Made by a program: the position numbers and the translations under genes. A model generated the notes under the pieces. That model made no database searches. It was not told the DNA's origin and saw only the letters and a program-made list of their open reading frames with translations. Of a stretch of 64,000 nucleotides of DNA, positions 33,104 through 42,774 are shown piece after piece. This stretch comes from Eledone cirrhosa (Eukaryota). The stretch lies in NCBI GenBank assembly GCA_964016885.1, contig OZ024741.1, positions 404,922,001 through 404,986,000 of the forward strand, read 5' to 3'. The stretch's first letter is position 1, and the number at the start of each line of letters is the position of its first letter.

Positions 33104-33312
33104 GGGCGTTGGATTGGCAGAATTGGTAGAGCGTCGGACAAAATACCATTACACTATTTGTTCTGGTTCTTTACATTCTAAGTTCAAATCCCGACGAGAT
33201 CAACTGTACTTTCCATCTTTCTGGTGTCGATAGAATAAAGTACCAGTCTTGTACTGGGGTCGATTTAATTAATTTTAACTTCCCTTTAATTTGCTGGAAT
33301 AGTGACAACTTA
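33104..33312 (+). mobile_element. tRNA-derived SINE, long variant
   Basis: GGATTGGCAGAATTGGTAGAGCG (A box), AGTTCAAATCC (B box), core TGTCGATAGAATAAAGTACCAG..TACTGGGGTCGAT. Followed by (CTT)n at ~33317-33341. Confidence 0.85.
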
Positions 33313-33844
33313 GATATCTTCTTCTTCTTCTTCTTCTTCTTGCGTATAAGATTCTTGCTGTCTCAGGTTGTTGTCGTTCATCTGACCGAGGATCAGTGGT
33401 CAGTGACCACGGCTAGATGGTCAACAATTTGGGCCCCAACATAAATACATTACTTTATTACGTGTTCCAGTCGACAGGCTGACACCATGTTCGAGCACCG
33501 CCATTCGTGGCAGCAACTAAATTTCAGGTCTGTTTCAAAAGTAAGAGATAAAACAGAAAAGAATAATTGTACACACGAAGCGCATGCGCATATAGTGATG
33601 TTGTTTTTGTTTGCGTTTATATCCAGGGCAAATCTGATCTAATAAATCTATAATCAAAGGCTTTCAAACCGTGATCCTTTATTCCTTTCAGACGCTTCCC
33701 TATCTCAGAGTATTTCGTCGCCATTATCCATTATGTTCTGCTTATTTTTGAGAGAATAGAATATGATTTGATAAATGTATGGACCTGTAACTCCTGATAG
33801 AGTTGTTGGGGTCCCGTTGTGACATAGAGCGTTTCTTGTGCACT

Positions 33845-33927
33845 TGTGTGTGTGACAACTCACACCTATGTGTGTGTGTGTGACAGCCCACACCTATGTG
33901 TGTGTGTGTGACAACTCACACCTATGT
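33845..33927. repeat. Three tandem copies of (TG)nACAACTCACACCTA
   Basis: Direct repeats of ~28 bp seen in the sequence. Confidence 0.85.
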
Positions 33928-34014
33928 AGGTTTAGCTGGCCTCCTCCAAGGTATATCTCGGTGGAGGTGTCTTGGGAGATTTAATGATAGGGACCCCAGT
34001 TCTATCATCTCATT

Positions 34015-34152
34015 TCTACAGCTGAGTAAAATGGAGCAACGTGAAATAAAGTGTCTTGCTCAAGGAAACAACACATCACCCGGTCAGAAAATTGAACTCA
34101 CAACCTTTCGATTGCAACCCCAATGCTCTAACCACTAAGCCATGCGCCTTCA
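34015..34152 (-). mobile_element. Second tRNA-derived SINE family (V-domain-like)
   Basis: Minus strand reads GGCGCATGGCTTAGTGGTTAGAGCA..GTGAGTTCAAT..GTGTTGTTTCCTTGAGCAAGACACTTTATTTCACGTTGCTCCA. Confidence 0.78.
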
Positions 34153-34269
34153 CTAAGCCATGTGCACTTACATCCTGGTCGAGCCCTTTCCTACTCCAAG
34201 TTTGAGCACAGCCGATTTCTCCCAGAGAAGATGGCAGAATGTTGGAGCGGTAATGAGAAAGAGATATAG

Positions 34270-34420
34270 TGGAAGAACTGACCCAATTACAGAACTGGTA
34301 CTTATTTTTATCAAACTCGAAAGGATGGAATGCGATGTTGATTTCAGTGAGATTTGAACTCAGAGAGCAGAGATCGAGAACGAATACCACAAACCATTCT
34401 ATCTGACGTTCGATTCGTCG
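34270..34420 (-). mobile_element. Degenerate SINE of the first family
   Basis: ACTGGTACTTATTTTTATCAAACTCGAAAGGATGGAATGC..GATTTGAACTCAG is the reverse complement of the core plus B box. Confidence 0.75.
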
Positions 34421-34557
34421 TCTGATTTGATAGATAATTGGCGTCTATTTGTAGCAGGCCAGGTACCTCGTATTCTTCCGCCCCAGTGTCTGATATACGT
34501 GCAATAAGTTCTAATATTGTTTGTATGTATGAGAGAAATTGGGGAGAGGACATATTA

Positions 34558-35736
34558 CACCGTGTAACAAAAAAAAATTTTTCTCTGTTCCTGGCTTGTA
34601 ATCACTTTTTTGTGTTGCTTAGATCCCAAATAAATTTAAAAAAAGTGCTATTAAACAGTTAAAAGTTTGGGTTTGTAAAAATTCTAAGCTATTCACTAGA
34701 ATTATTTGTATGCTGGATTTTACGTTGTATGTAAGTTTAATTTGCTTTGATTTTTTTATATATGTTTCGGGTTAAATTAAAATTATAAAATAAAGATGTA
34801 TACCTAAAGAAAATTCTAAAAGTGCAATAAAGTATAAAATTGTTAAAAAGTGGATTAAAGAGATTTATTGATACTGGATTTTCGCGCCCTGAATAAAGGG
34901 TAAGTTGTGTTTTAAGCATTCGTCTCCATGAAGAAGCAGTGGAACATGGTCAAGGAGGAAGTGCAGGTGACAAGTCAGAGAAGTCGACACGAACCTTTCT
35001 CAGGCTTTTACACTCTTAGGGATGGCCTCTGCTTCTGCCATGACGTGCCTGGACTGTTGAACGTTATTGGGGTGCCGTTTGTGCCCAAGGAGTGGCGGCT
35101 ATTTATAGACAGCTCCACCACAAGTTTGTCCTCCAGAATGGAAACAAGTTCCCGACACTGTCCCTATCTCATTCAGTCTGCCTGAAGAAAGATTACTACA
35201 GTGTGAAAGTCCTCTTGGAAGACAACCAGTACAATTAGGAAATCATTGGAGACTTTAAGATGGTGGCTTTCCTGCTTAGACTCCAGGGAGTCTTTATCAA
35301 ATACCAATGCTTCCTCTGCCTTTGGGACAGCAGAGCCACCTCTGACCACTACAAAAGAAAGAACTGGAAGCAGCGAACAGAATTTGTAGTTGGGACCCGG
35401 AACGTCATGTGGGAGCCACTGGTTGATCCCAGGATTGTGCTCATGCCGCCACTGCACATTAAGTTGGGGTTGATGAAGCAGTTTGTGAAGGCTCTCAACC
35501 AAGAATCAGCCCCTTTTAAGTAGCTTCTTGAGTTTTTCTCCAAGTTATATGAGGCCAAAATCAAAGGTGGAATTTTCGTTGGACCTCAGATAAAGAAGGT
35601 GTTTGAGTCTACCGAGTTCTCCAATAAGCTCAATAGGATTGAGAGAACAGCATGGAACTGTTTCAAGGGCTTCCTGGGCAACTACAGAGCTGAAAACTAC
35701 CAGCAACTGGTGCAGGATCTGATAAAGGCTTTTGGC
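34558..35736 (+). mobile_element. Chapaev3-like (CMC superfamily) DNA transposon remnant, left portion
   Basis: Terminus-like CACCGTGTAACAAAAAAAAATTTTT..GTTCCTGG is preceded by TTA, consistent with a TWA target. A transposase pseudogene follows. No convincing right end. The family assignment is from recalled motifs, not a search. Confidence 0.62.
34922..35733 (+). pseudogene. Frameshifted, stop-containing DDE transposase (Chapaev3-like)
   Basis: Motifs across frames: EWRLFIDSS, GDFKMVAFLL.LQG.F.KY.CFLCLWDSRA, PPLHIKLGLMKQFVKAL, KIKGGIFVGPQI, GFLGNYRAENY. In-frame stop at 35521-35523. Confidence 0.8.
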
Positions 35737-35970
35737 GCCAAACTCCTCAAATACCGGTCGCTCTCCGACAGGTTTGCGGTCGTACCTTTGGCAGTGGAGA
35801 CTTCTGGTGTCCTCGGCCCAGGGCTACCTCCCTACTCACCACCATAGCTGGCCAGCCGCAGTTATGAGCCCCGCGAGTTGGAGTGGCTCTTCCAGCGCGT
35901 CTCCCTTGCAGTCCTCCGGGGAAACGCCTTCTCCATTCTGTCCGCCGGGGCTGTGGGTGGGCCCCATCGC
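35737..35970 (+). mobile_element. CRE-like (RLE-type) non-LTR retrotransposon 3' fragment, copy 1
   Basis: KYRSLSDRFAVVPLAVETSGVLGP, then after a frameshift ELEWLFQRVSLAVLRGNAFSIL. This resembles the C-terminus of RLE-type (CRE clade) ORFs. Confidence 0.75.
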
Positions 35971-36096
35971 GTACCGTTGTAGTTGTTGTTGAAGAAACCG
36001 GAAGACACATCTAATCTAATAGGCATACATACATATATACATACATATATATATATATAATGTCGATATAATTCTTATATCGATATTATTTGGGCA

Positions 36097-36220
36097 TCCA
36101 CTGATGAGTTTACAAGAGCCTGCTTGTGTATAAAACTATGGATTATATACAAGTTTCTACATAACCTGGAAATTATTTATCCCAAATTGTAGAAATCTTA
36201 TAACGAAACGGCCGTCTGGA
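36097..36220 (+). ncRNA. Type I hammerhead ribozyme motif (Penelope/retrozyme type) with large stem II insertion
   Basis: TCCA-CTGATGA-GTT...AAC-GAAA-CGGCCG-TC-TGGA. Stem I is TCCA/TGGA, all core nucleotides are present, stem III is the palindrome ACGGCCGT, and the predicted GUC cleavage falls after 36216. Confidence 0.72.
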
Positions 36221-37017
36221 AGGAAAGAGATATTTATTTAATAATGTCTCATATAAAATAATACAACCAGCTAGCCACGAAATACTGATTAGTTAGCACC
36301 CCAAACACTAAATTGGGATAATACTTAGGTATATCCTAATGTTTGTTGAGTGAGATGGAGTTGGTTGGAGTATCGCTTAAGGCTTTCTCTGTTTATGTAT
36401 TGTATATATATAGATATATATACCAAACCATCTATACATACGTTTCTACACATTACACAACGCTTCAAGAAAATTACAACGTAGAATGTATAATATTCGT
36501 TTCTCGAAAACTTTGAAGAAACAATTTACAATAAAACGACATGTTGAATTAGAACTGCTCATACTTCAAACACATTTTGACATAAATTCCAGTTTTCGTT
36601 GCACTGTTGGAAGGTTATGTAAGAATTGTTTGCTTTGCTGTTTCCGAGACCCTTATAAATATTAATTTCTTGCATCTGCATACTTAGTGAAGTATCGTTA
36701 AAACCCCGAAAGCTATTTCTGAAGAAGTAATACAGTTATTAGTATGACAGAAATAGGTAAAGAACATATTTCGTGGAAAATATGTGTTCTAAAAAGGAAT
36801 ATAAATATGAAGAGATTAAGAAGGGATTTTATGATTTATGACATGCGTGCAATACATAACATAAACACACGCAGAAGACATAAACATGTACATACACCTA
36901 ATATACATGACATATATATATATATATACTACCCGTGTATGTAACAGTGTATGTGTGAGTACATCAACCATTCATGCATCCGTACCTATATTTACGTTAG
37001 TGTATGTAGATATACAC

Positions 37018-37050
<33 letters not shown>

Positions 37051-37215
37051 CATATATATATAACGAAGGAAATGTGGTAAGGAACCAGGTGGACCATAAC
37101 GCACCAAAGTACTCAATACTTAGGGTAGTAGAGTGGGTAATAGGAACAAGTAAGACCCCGACGGCTGAGCTCAGTAAGTATGTTTAGAAATAGTGAGCAG
37201 GTTTGAAATTAGAAA

Positions 37216-37578
37216 ATATATAGCTTTCACCGTATTTTTGACTAAAGGAATTTTAGCCTGATAATGGGGTTTAGAACCCTCAGATAAATGGAAAAAGATG
37301 AGTATTGACGTACATGGGAGTCGAACCCACATCTTTGGTTATCGCGACCACTGTGCTACCATTATTACTTGCCATTTAAACTCGCTAAGAATGTAGTTTC
37401 TAATTTGAATGGAAAGAGATGGGTGATGTGTTGGTGTAATGGTAGCACAGTGGTCTGGATAACCAAAGATGTGGGTTCGACTCCCATGTACGTCAATACT
37501 CATCTTTTTCCATTTATCTGAGGGTTCTAAACCCCATTATCAGGCTAAAATTCCTTTAGTCAAAAATACGGTGAAAGC

Positions 37579-37585
<7 letters not shown>
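37216..37585. repeat. 149-bp inverted repeat (147/149 matches) with 72-bp spacer
   Basis: Arm 37216-37364 is the reverse complement of 37437-37585 with two adjacent mismatches. Confidence 0.95.
37425..37495 (+). other. tRNA-like cloverleaf (SINE head or tRNA pseudogene)
   Basis: A box TGGTGTAATGG, B box GGTTCGACTCC, T stem GTGGG/CCCAT, and an acceptor stem GATGTGT/GTACGTC with several G-U pairs. Confidence 0.65.
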
Positions 37586-37609
<24 letters not shown>

Positions 37610-37900
37610 TGTGTGTGTGTGTGTGCGTGTATCATCTACATGCATCCATACTAATATACTTCTGTACTCATGTGACTTTGTGTGATTCAATGTATGCACA
37701 TATGCGTTGTCTGTGTATATGTACATATGGATATATATACATTTATGTGTCTGTATGTATGTTCATATATACATCAGTTCACGGATGTTTCTCAATGTTT
37801 ATGTAATGCTTTTCTTTTATATCAGAACGGATGCAGTACAAACCTGTTACACCGTGACTCACCAGAGTACTCAATACTTGGGGTAATAGAGTGTGATAAT

Positions 37901-38006
37901 AGGAAAGAATTGGGACCCAGACGGCAGAGCTCCTGCCATTTCAACAACTAATTCCGAACTAGCTGTTGAAACTGCAGGAGCTCAGCCGTCGGGGTCCTGA
38001 TTCCTT
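37901..38006. repeat. Imperfect ~105-bp palindrome (MITE-like hairpin)
   Basis: GGACCCAGACGGCAGAGCTCCTGC..TTTCAACAACTA pairs with TAGCTGTTGAAA..GCAGGAGCTCAGCCGTCGGGGTCC. Confidence 0.8.
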
Positions 38007-38294
38007 CATATGTATAGTGAAAAATACTGTGGATTAGAAAACGTTCTATACAGATCACGTTACATAGGGTAAATGATTTTTAAAAAGGGTTTGAAATGCG
38101 CAGCTGGTATATATATAAAGGATCTTTATTACATGTTCAAACATTGATGTTAAAATTGATGTTAGCAAAGCTTGCTTTCTCCGTTTGGTATTATCAAAAC
38201 ATTTGTTATTAGGTTAAAATATTATTTCACTAAAACTCCGGCATCCTGATTGTCAACCACATTGGTTTGACCAATATATATATATAGAGAAATA

Positions 38295-38550
38295 TGTATG
38301 TGCGTGTGTGTCTGTGTGTGTGTCTGTGTGTGTGTCTGTGTATGTGTGTGTGTGTGGCGCGCGCGCGCGCCTGTGTGCGTGTCTCTGTGTGTGTCTTCCT
38401 CAGTATAAACCACTTATAAATGTGTGTGTGTGTGTGTGTGTGCGTGTATTCCTCAGTATAAACCATTTATGTGTGTGTGTATGTGTGTGTGTGTGTGTGT
38501 GTGTATGTGTGTGTATTCCTCAGTATAAACCATTTATGTGTGTGGGTGTA
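38295..38550. repeat. (TG)n tract containing three copies of TTCCTCAGTATAAACCAyTTAT
   Basis: Read directly from the sequence. Confidence 0.85.
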
Positions 38551-38743
38551 TGAGAACATCTGCTTTTATGTGTTTCACGGTTGATATCTGAAATATATTA
38601 ACTTACCAAACATCAACATACTGCAATATACACATACATAAATATATGGCTGTGTATGTGTATTTGTTTTTATGTGTGTGTGAGAGAGAGGCTGCGTCCA
38701 CTTCAACATAAATATGTATATGCATTTTTTTTTTTTTCCCTTC

Positions 38744-39027
<284 letters not shown>

Positions 39028-39341
39028 TCCTGCACGAGCTGATCTGTTATTTACTTTCCTTGTATTTTATTGGGTTTTTTTAGGTTTTTCTTGCTGTTAT
39101 ATTGCTGTTGTTGTTGTTGTTTTTTATATTGCTGTTGTTGTTGTTCTTGTTGTTATTGTTATTGTTGTTTATGTTGTTGTTTTTTGTGTGTGTTTTTTTG
39201 TTTTGCTTTTTTTTTCGGAGACAGCTTGTCGTTTATCTATGTTTAATTAAAATTCCTGAATATATAGTCTCACATTTGGAGGAGATAAGACCAATATTAT
39301 CTTTAATATTGTTATTCTGTAATTTCATCAATTGTTTATAG

Positions 39342-39632
39342 CAGACACATTGGTTAGTGGTTAGTGTGTTCGGCTCAGCATCGTAAGGGTATGATTCCTG
39401 GACAGGGCTGCGTGTTGTCACAAAAACAGAATGCCGTAGCTAAAAGACTTTTCATGGTTCCTCATCGTTAAGTTATGATACCTGGAGTATGCTGCATGTT
39501 GTCATAAAACCAGATTGTCTTACTTAGAACTCTTTGGGTCATAAGGTCATGATTCCTAATCGTAAAGTTATGACTCTTGAACCAGGTTGCGTGTTGTCAT
39601 AAAAAACAGATTGTCATAGTTAGAACTCTTTT
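39342..39632 (+). repeat. SINE-like tRNA head followed by three degenerate ~85-95 bp tandem copies
   Basis: A-box-like TGGTTAGTGGTTAGTGTG, then three copies of ATCGT..TATGA..CT.G....TGC.TGTTGTCA.AAAA.CAGA.TG. Confidence 0.6.
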
Positions 39633-39718
39633 GATCATAAGTCTAATCATAAGTCTGATCAGGAGTTTCATCATAAGTCTGTTCGACCAGATTAACCTAG
39701 GGCTAAATAACAACAATA

Positions 39719-40312
39719 ATTGTTTCTACTTTTGGCACAAGGCCAGCAATTATCCTCGGCGGGATTTGAACTCAGAATGGCAAAGGCCGTAACTCTATGC
39801 TGCAAAGCATGGCGTCAGACCCTCTACCGATACTGCCAATCCACCTGCCGCTTCTACAATCAACCACTCTGTAATAGTAGTAATAATTGCTGCTACTCTT
39901 GTCACAAGCTGAGCAATTTCAGGGAGAAAGTGGATTGTATAGACTCCAGTAAATTACTGGTACATTATGTTATCAACCCTTGAAGGATGAAAGGCAAAGT
40001 TAACCTCGGTGGGATTTAAAATCAGAACGTAAAGGGACGTAACTCTATACGACAGAGCATGTTGTCCGATGCTCTACTGACACTATCAAAAGTCAGCAGT
40101 AGTAACAATAATTTCTACTATAGACACAAGGTCAGAAATTTAGGGGTGGGGAACGTCAATTATATCGACACCAGTACATTACTGGTACTTTATTTTAACA
40201 ACCCTGTAAGGATGAAAGGCAAAGCTCACCTCGGCGGGATTTGAACTCAGACCGTAAAGGGACGAAGCTATATACCACAAAGCATGGCGTCCGACCGTCT
40301 ACCAATACTGCC
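39719..40312 (-). mobile_element. Cluster of three head-to-tail SINEs (~39719-39845, ~39888-40092, ~40110-40312)
   Basis: Each carries the reverse-complemented tail (CTACT..CACAAG), B box (GGATTTrAA.TCAGA) and head. They are separated by AAT/AAC/AGT-rich tails. Confidence 0.87.
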
Positions 40313-40559
40313 TGAATGGTAGTAATAATAACTACTGTCTCCGAGCGTTGTGAAAAGTTGTAGAGTTATTTAAATAGAAGGGAAATAACAAGAAAATGTC
40401 TTTCGTATGATATTGCTAATATTTGATAGGATTTATTGCCATAAAGATAGCATTACAAATTGTTTATAATTCTTACAGAATGAAAATATAAACACAAATA
40501 TAAACACTTGGTTTATTTACAATAGTTTATAACTTTGCCTATTAATCCGTATGGTGAGC

Positions 40560-40950
40560 AAATGGTGTCCCACGCGCTGGCCTCCCCACAGCCCCGACGG
40601 AGGATGATAAGGGAGATGCGCTGGAAGAGCCATTCCAACTCGCGAGGCTCACACCTGCGGCTTGCCAGCTCAGAGCCTATGGAGGTAAATAGGGAGGTAG
40701 CCCTAGGGCCAAGGACACCAGAAGTCTCCACTGCCAAGGGCACGACCCCAAACCTGTTGGAGAGCGACCGGTACTTGGAGAGTTTGGCCTCCTCAGCCCG
40801 ACGTGCAGCAGAACCTGGGTTAGTCGCAGACTACACCAGGTTGTGGCTGGAGAAAGTGTCGCTGCAAGTGGCATCGCAGATGAGCGGTTTGCTACCGCGG
40901 AACGGGAAGATGGTCATACCATCTGGCCTTTTGCTATCTCCTTGGTCCAG
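40560..40950 (-). mobile_element. CRE-like RLE endonuclease fragment, copy 2 (pseudogene)
   Basis: Minus-strand translation LDQGDSKRPDGMTIFPFRGSKPLICDATCSDTFSSHNLV*SATNPGSAARRAEEAKLSKYRSLSNRFGVVPLAVETSGVLGP..EWLFQRISL contains the RPDG..D RLE core and one internal stop. Confidence 0.82.
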
Positions 40951-41289
40951 TGATTTCATAATCCGGTGATGCTTCTTACATTGAATAAATAAGTCTTTCT
41001 ACTTTTGGCACAAGGAATAAATGATATTATTCTCATAGATACAATTAAGTGTTGCTAGGAAGTTCACAAACATAATATACTAGAGTATATGATGAACTCG
41101 GGAGAAATAGAAGAAAAAAACGTAAAAGTAATTTGAATAGCCAATCAAATGTTGCTTCACTGAATCACGTGATTCAACGTAGACTTATAAACAATTGCTT
41201 AAATATGTTTACATATAAAAAAAAAAACAGAAAGAAAAAGAAAAAGTAAATAGTGAAAGCAAAGGAAAAGTGTAGGAGACGGCAGACTA

Positions 41290-41602
41290 GGTGAGAGTCA
41301 CTCCAGGTAGAGCCGCTACTTCTCCGAATTGAGAGATCACAGCTCCAATACTATGAACATGTGGTTAGAATGTATCAGGAAAGAATTGCTGGACAGATTT
41401 TATGGACAAAACCAACCGGCAGGAGACCCAGGAGTAGACCCCAAGCAGGATGGTTGAATAACATCCATGAGCTTGGCTAGCCACATTGGGGTGTCCAGCC
41501 AGATCAGCTGGAAACGGTTGCTTCTGACATGATCTGGTGGAAGGAGTGTTTGAGGACTCTGCCACCACGAGCCTCACGGAAATAAGTGGCCGAAGAAGAA
41601 GA
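41290..41602 (+). mobile_element. RTE-clade LINE 3' end, collinear copy, with GAAGAAGAAGA tail
   Basis: Translates as VEPLLLRIERSQLQYYEHVVRMYQERIAGQILWTKPTGRRPRSRPQAGWLNNIHELG*. Homologous to 30661-31018. Confidence 0.82.
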
Positions 41603-42121
41603 TATATATATGTGTGTGTGTGTGTGGGTGGATGTGTGTGTATTGGTGGGTGTGTGGATGTGTCTGTGTGTATCTGTGTATGGGTTTGGGTGTGTGTAAA
41701 CATCTAAGTTTACGAAGAAATTGAGCGAACTTAGAAATTAGAAATGTTATTCTAATTTCAATGTGAAAAACTACCACGATTTATGTATCAACAATAATAC
41801 AGTCACATAGAATTATTTAACATTGTTTCTGTTTGTATTCTTTTAGTTCAAAATATATTTTATTGAGTAGAATCAGAAAAATAACTCTTGAAGAAGGGAA
41901 AAGGAAGACAAGGGCACCTGCGAGAATCCAACCACCCACCTGCCGTATGTCGGACAGCTGCAATCACCATTACACTAAAGCTATTCCCGCAGGTAAACTT
42001 GTCTTCAACGGTGGTTTATAAGACCTGCGAGGTTTTATTTGCTTTGATGATATACATAACTGTTTATGAACATTCTTTCGTTTTGGTGTGTTTATGGCAC
42101 CATATAAGTGTTTTGTGACAT

Positions 42122-42348
42122 TCCCACAGCCCCGGCGGACAGAATGGAGAAGGCGTTTCACCGGAGAACGGCAAGAGAGATGCGCTGGAAAAGCCATTTC
42201 AACTGGCCAGGCTCACACCTGCGGCTGGCCAACTCAGCGCCTATGGTGGTGAGTAGGGAGGTAGACTTAGGGTCGAGGACACCAGAAGTCTCCACTGCCA
42301 AGGGTAGAACCGCAAACCTGTCGGAGAGCGACCGTTATTTGAAGAGTT
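42122..42348 (-). mobile_element. CRE-like 3' fragment, copy 3
   Basis: Minus strand gives RSLSDRFAVLPLAVETSGVLDP..LASRRCEPGQLKWLFQRISLAVLR*NAFSILSAG. Homologous to copies 1 and 2. Confidence 0.8.
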
Positions 42349-42774
42349 TTGAAGACTATTCAACAGTTTTATAATGAATTGTGACAACCTTCACAACTAT
42401 TTTATAATGAATTGTGACAACCTTCACAACTATTTTATAATTAATTGTGACAACCTTCACAACTGTTTTATAATTAATTGTGACAACCTTCACAACTATT
42501 TTATAATTAATTGTGACAACCTTCACAACTATTTTATAATTAATTGTGACAACCTTCACAACTATTTTATAATGAATTGTGACAACCTTCACAACTATTT
42601 TATAATGAATTGTGACAACCTTCACAACTATTTTATAATTAATTGTGACAACATTCACAACTATTTTATAATGAATTGTGACAACCTTCACAACTATTTT
42701 ATAATGAATTGTGACAACCTTCACAACTATTTTATAATTAATTGTGACAACCTTCACAACTATTTTATAATGAA

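Noticed and set aside
37425-37495. Functional tRNA-Ser(GGA)
   Set aside because: It lacks the long variable arm, has a pyrimidine at position 37, a mismatched anticodon stem and a wobble-rich acceptor stem. The partner arm has a different loop.
37845-37856. TGTTACACCGTG as the right TIR of the Chapaev-like element
   Set aside because: It matches 11/12 only, does not extend inward, and is followed by ACT rather than the TTA target duplication.
42377-42398. TGTGA-N6-TCACA in every A monomer matches the bacterial CRP/CAP consensus
   Set aside because: The DNA is eukaryotic, so the match is treated as coincidental. It might matter only when cloning in E. coli.
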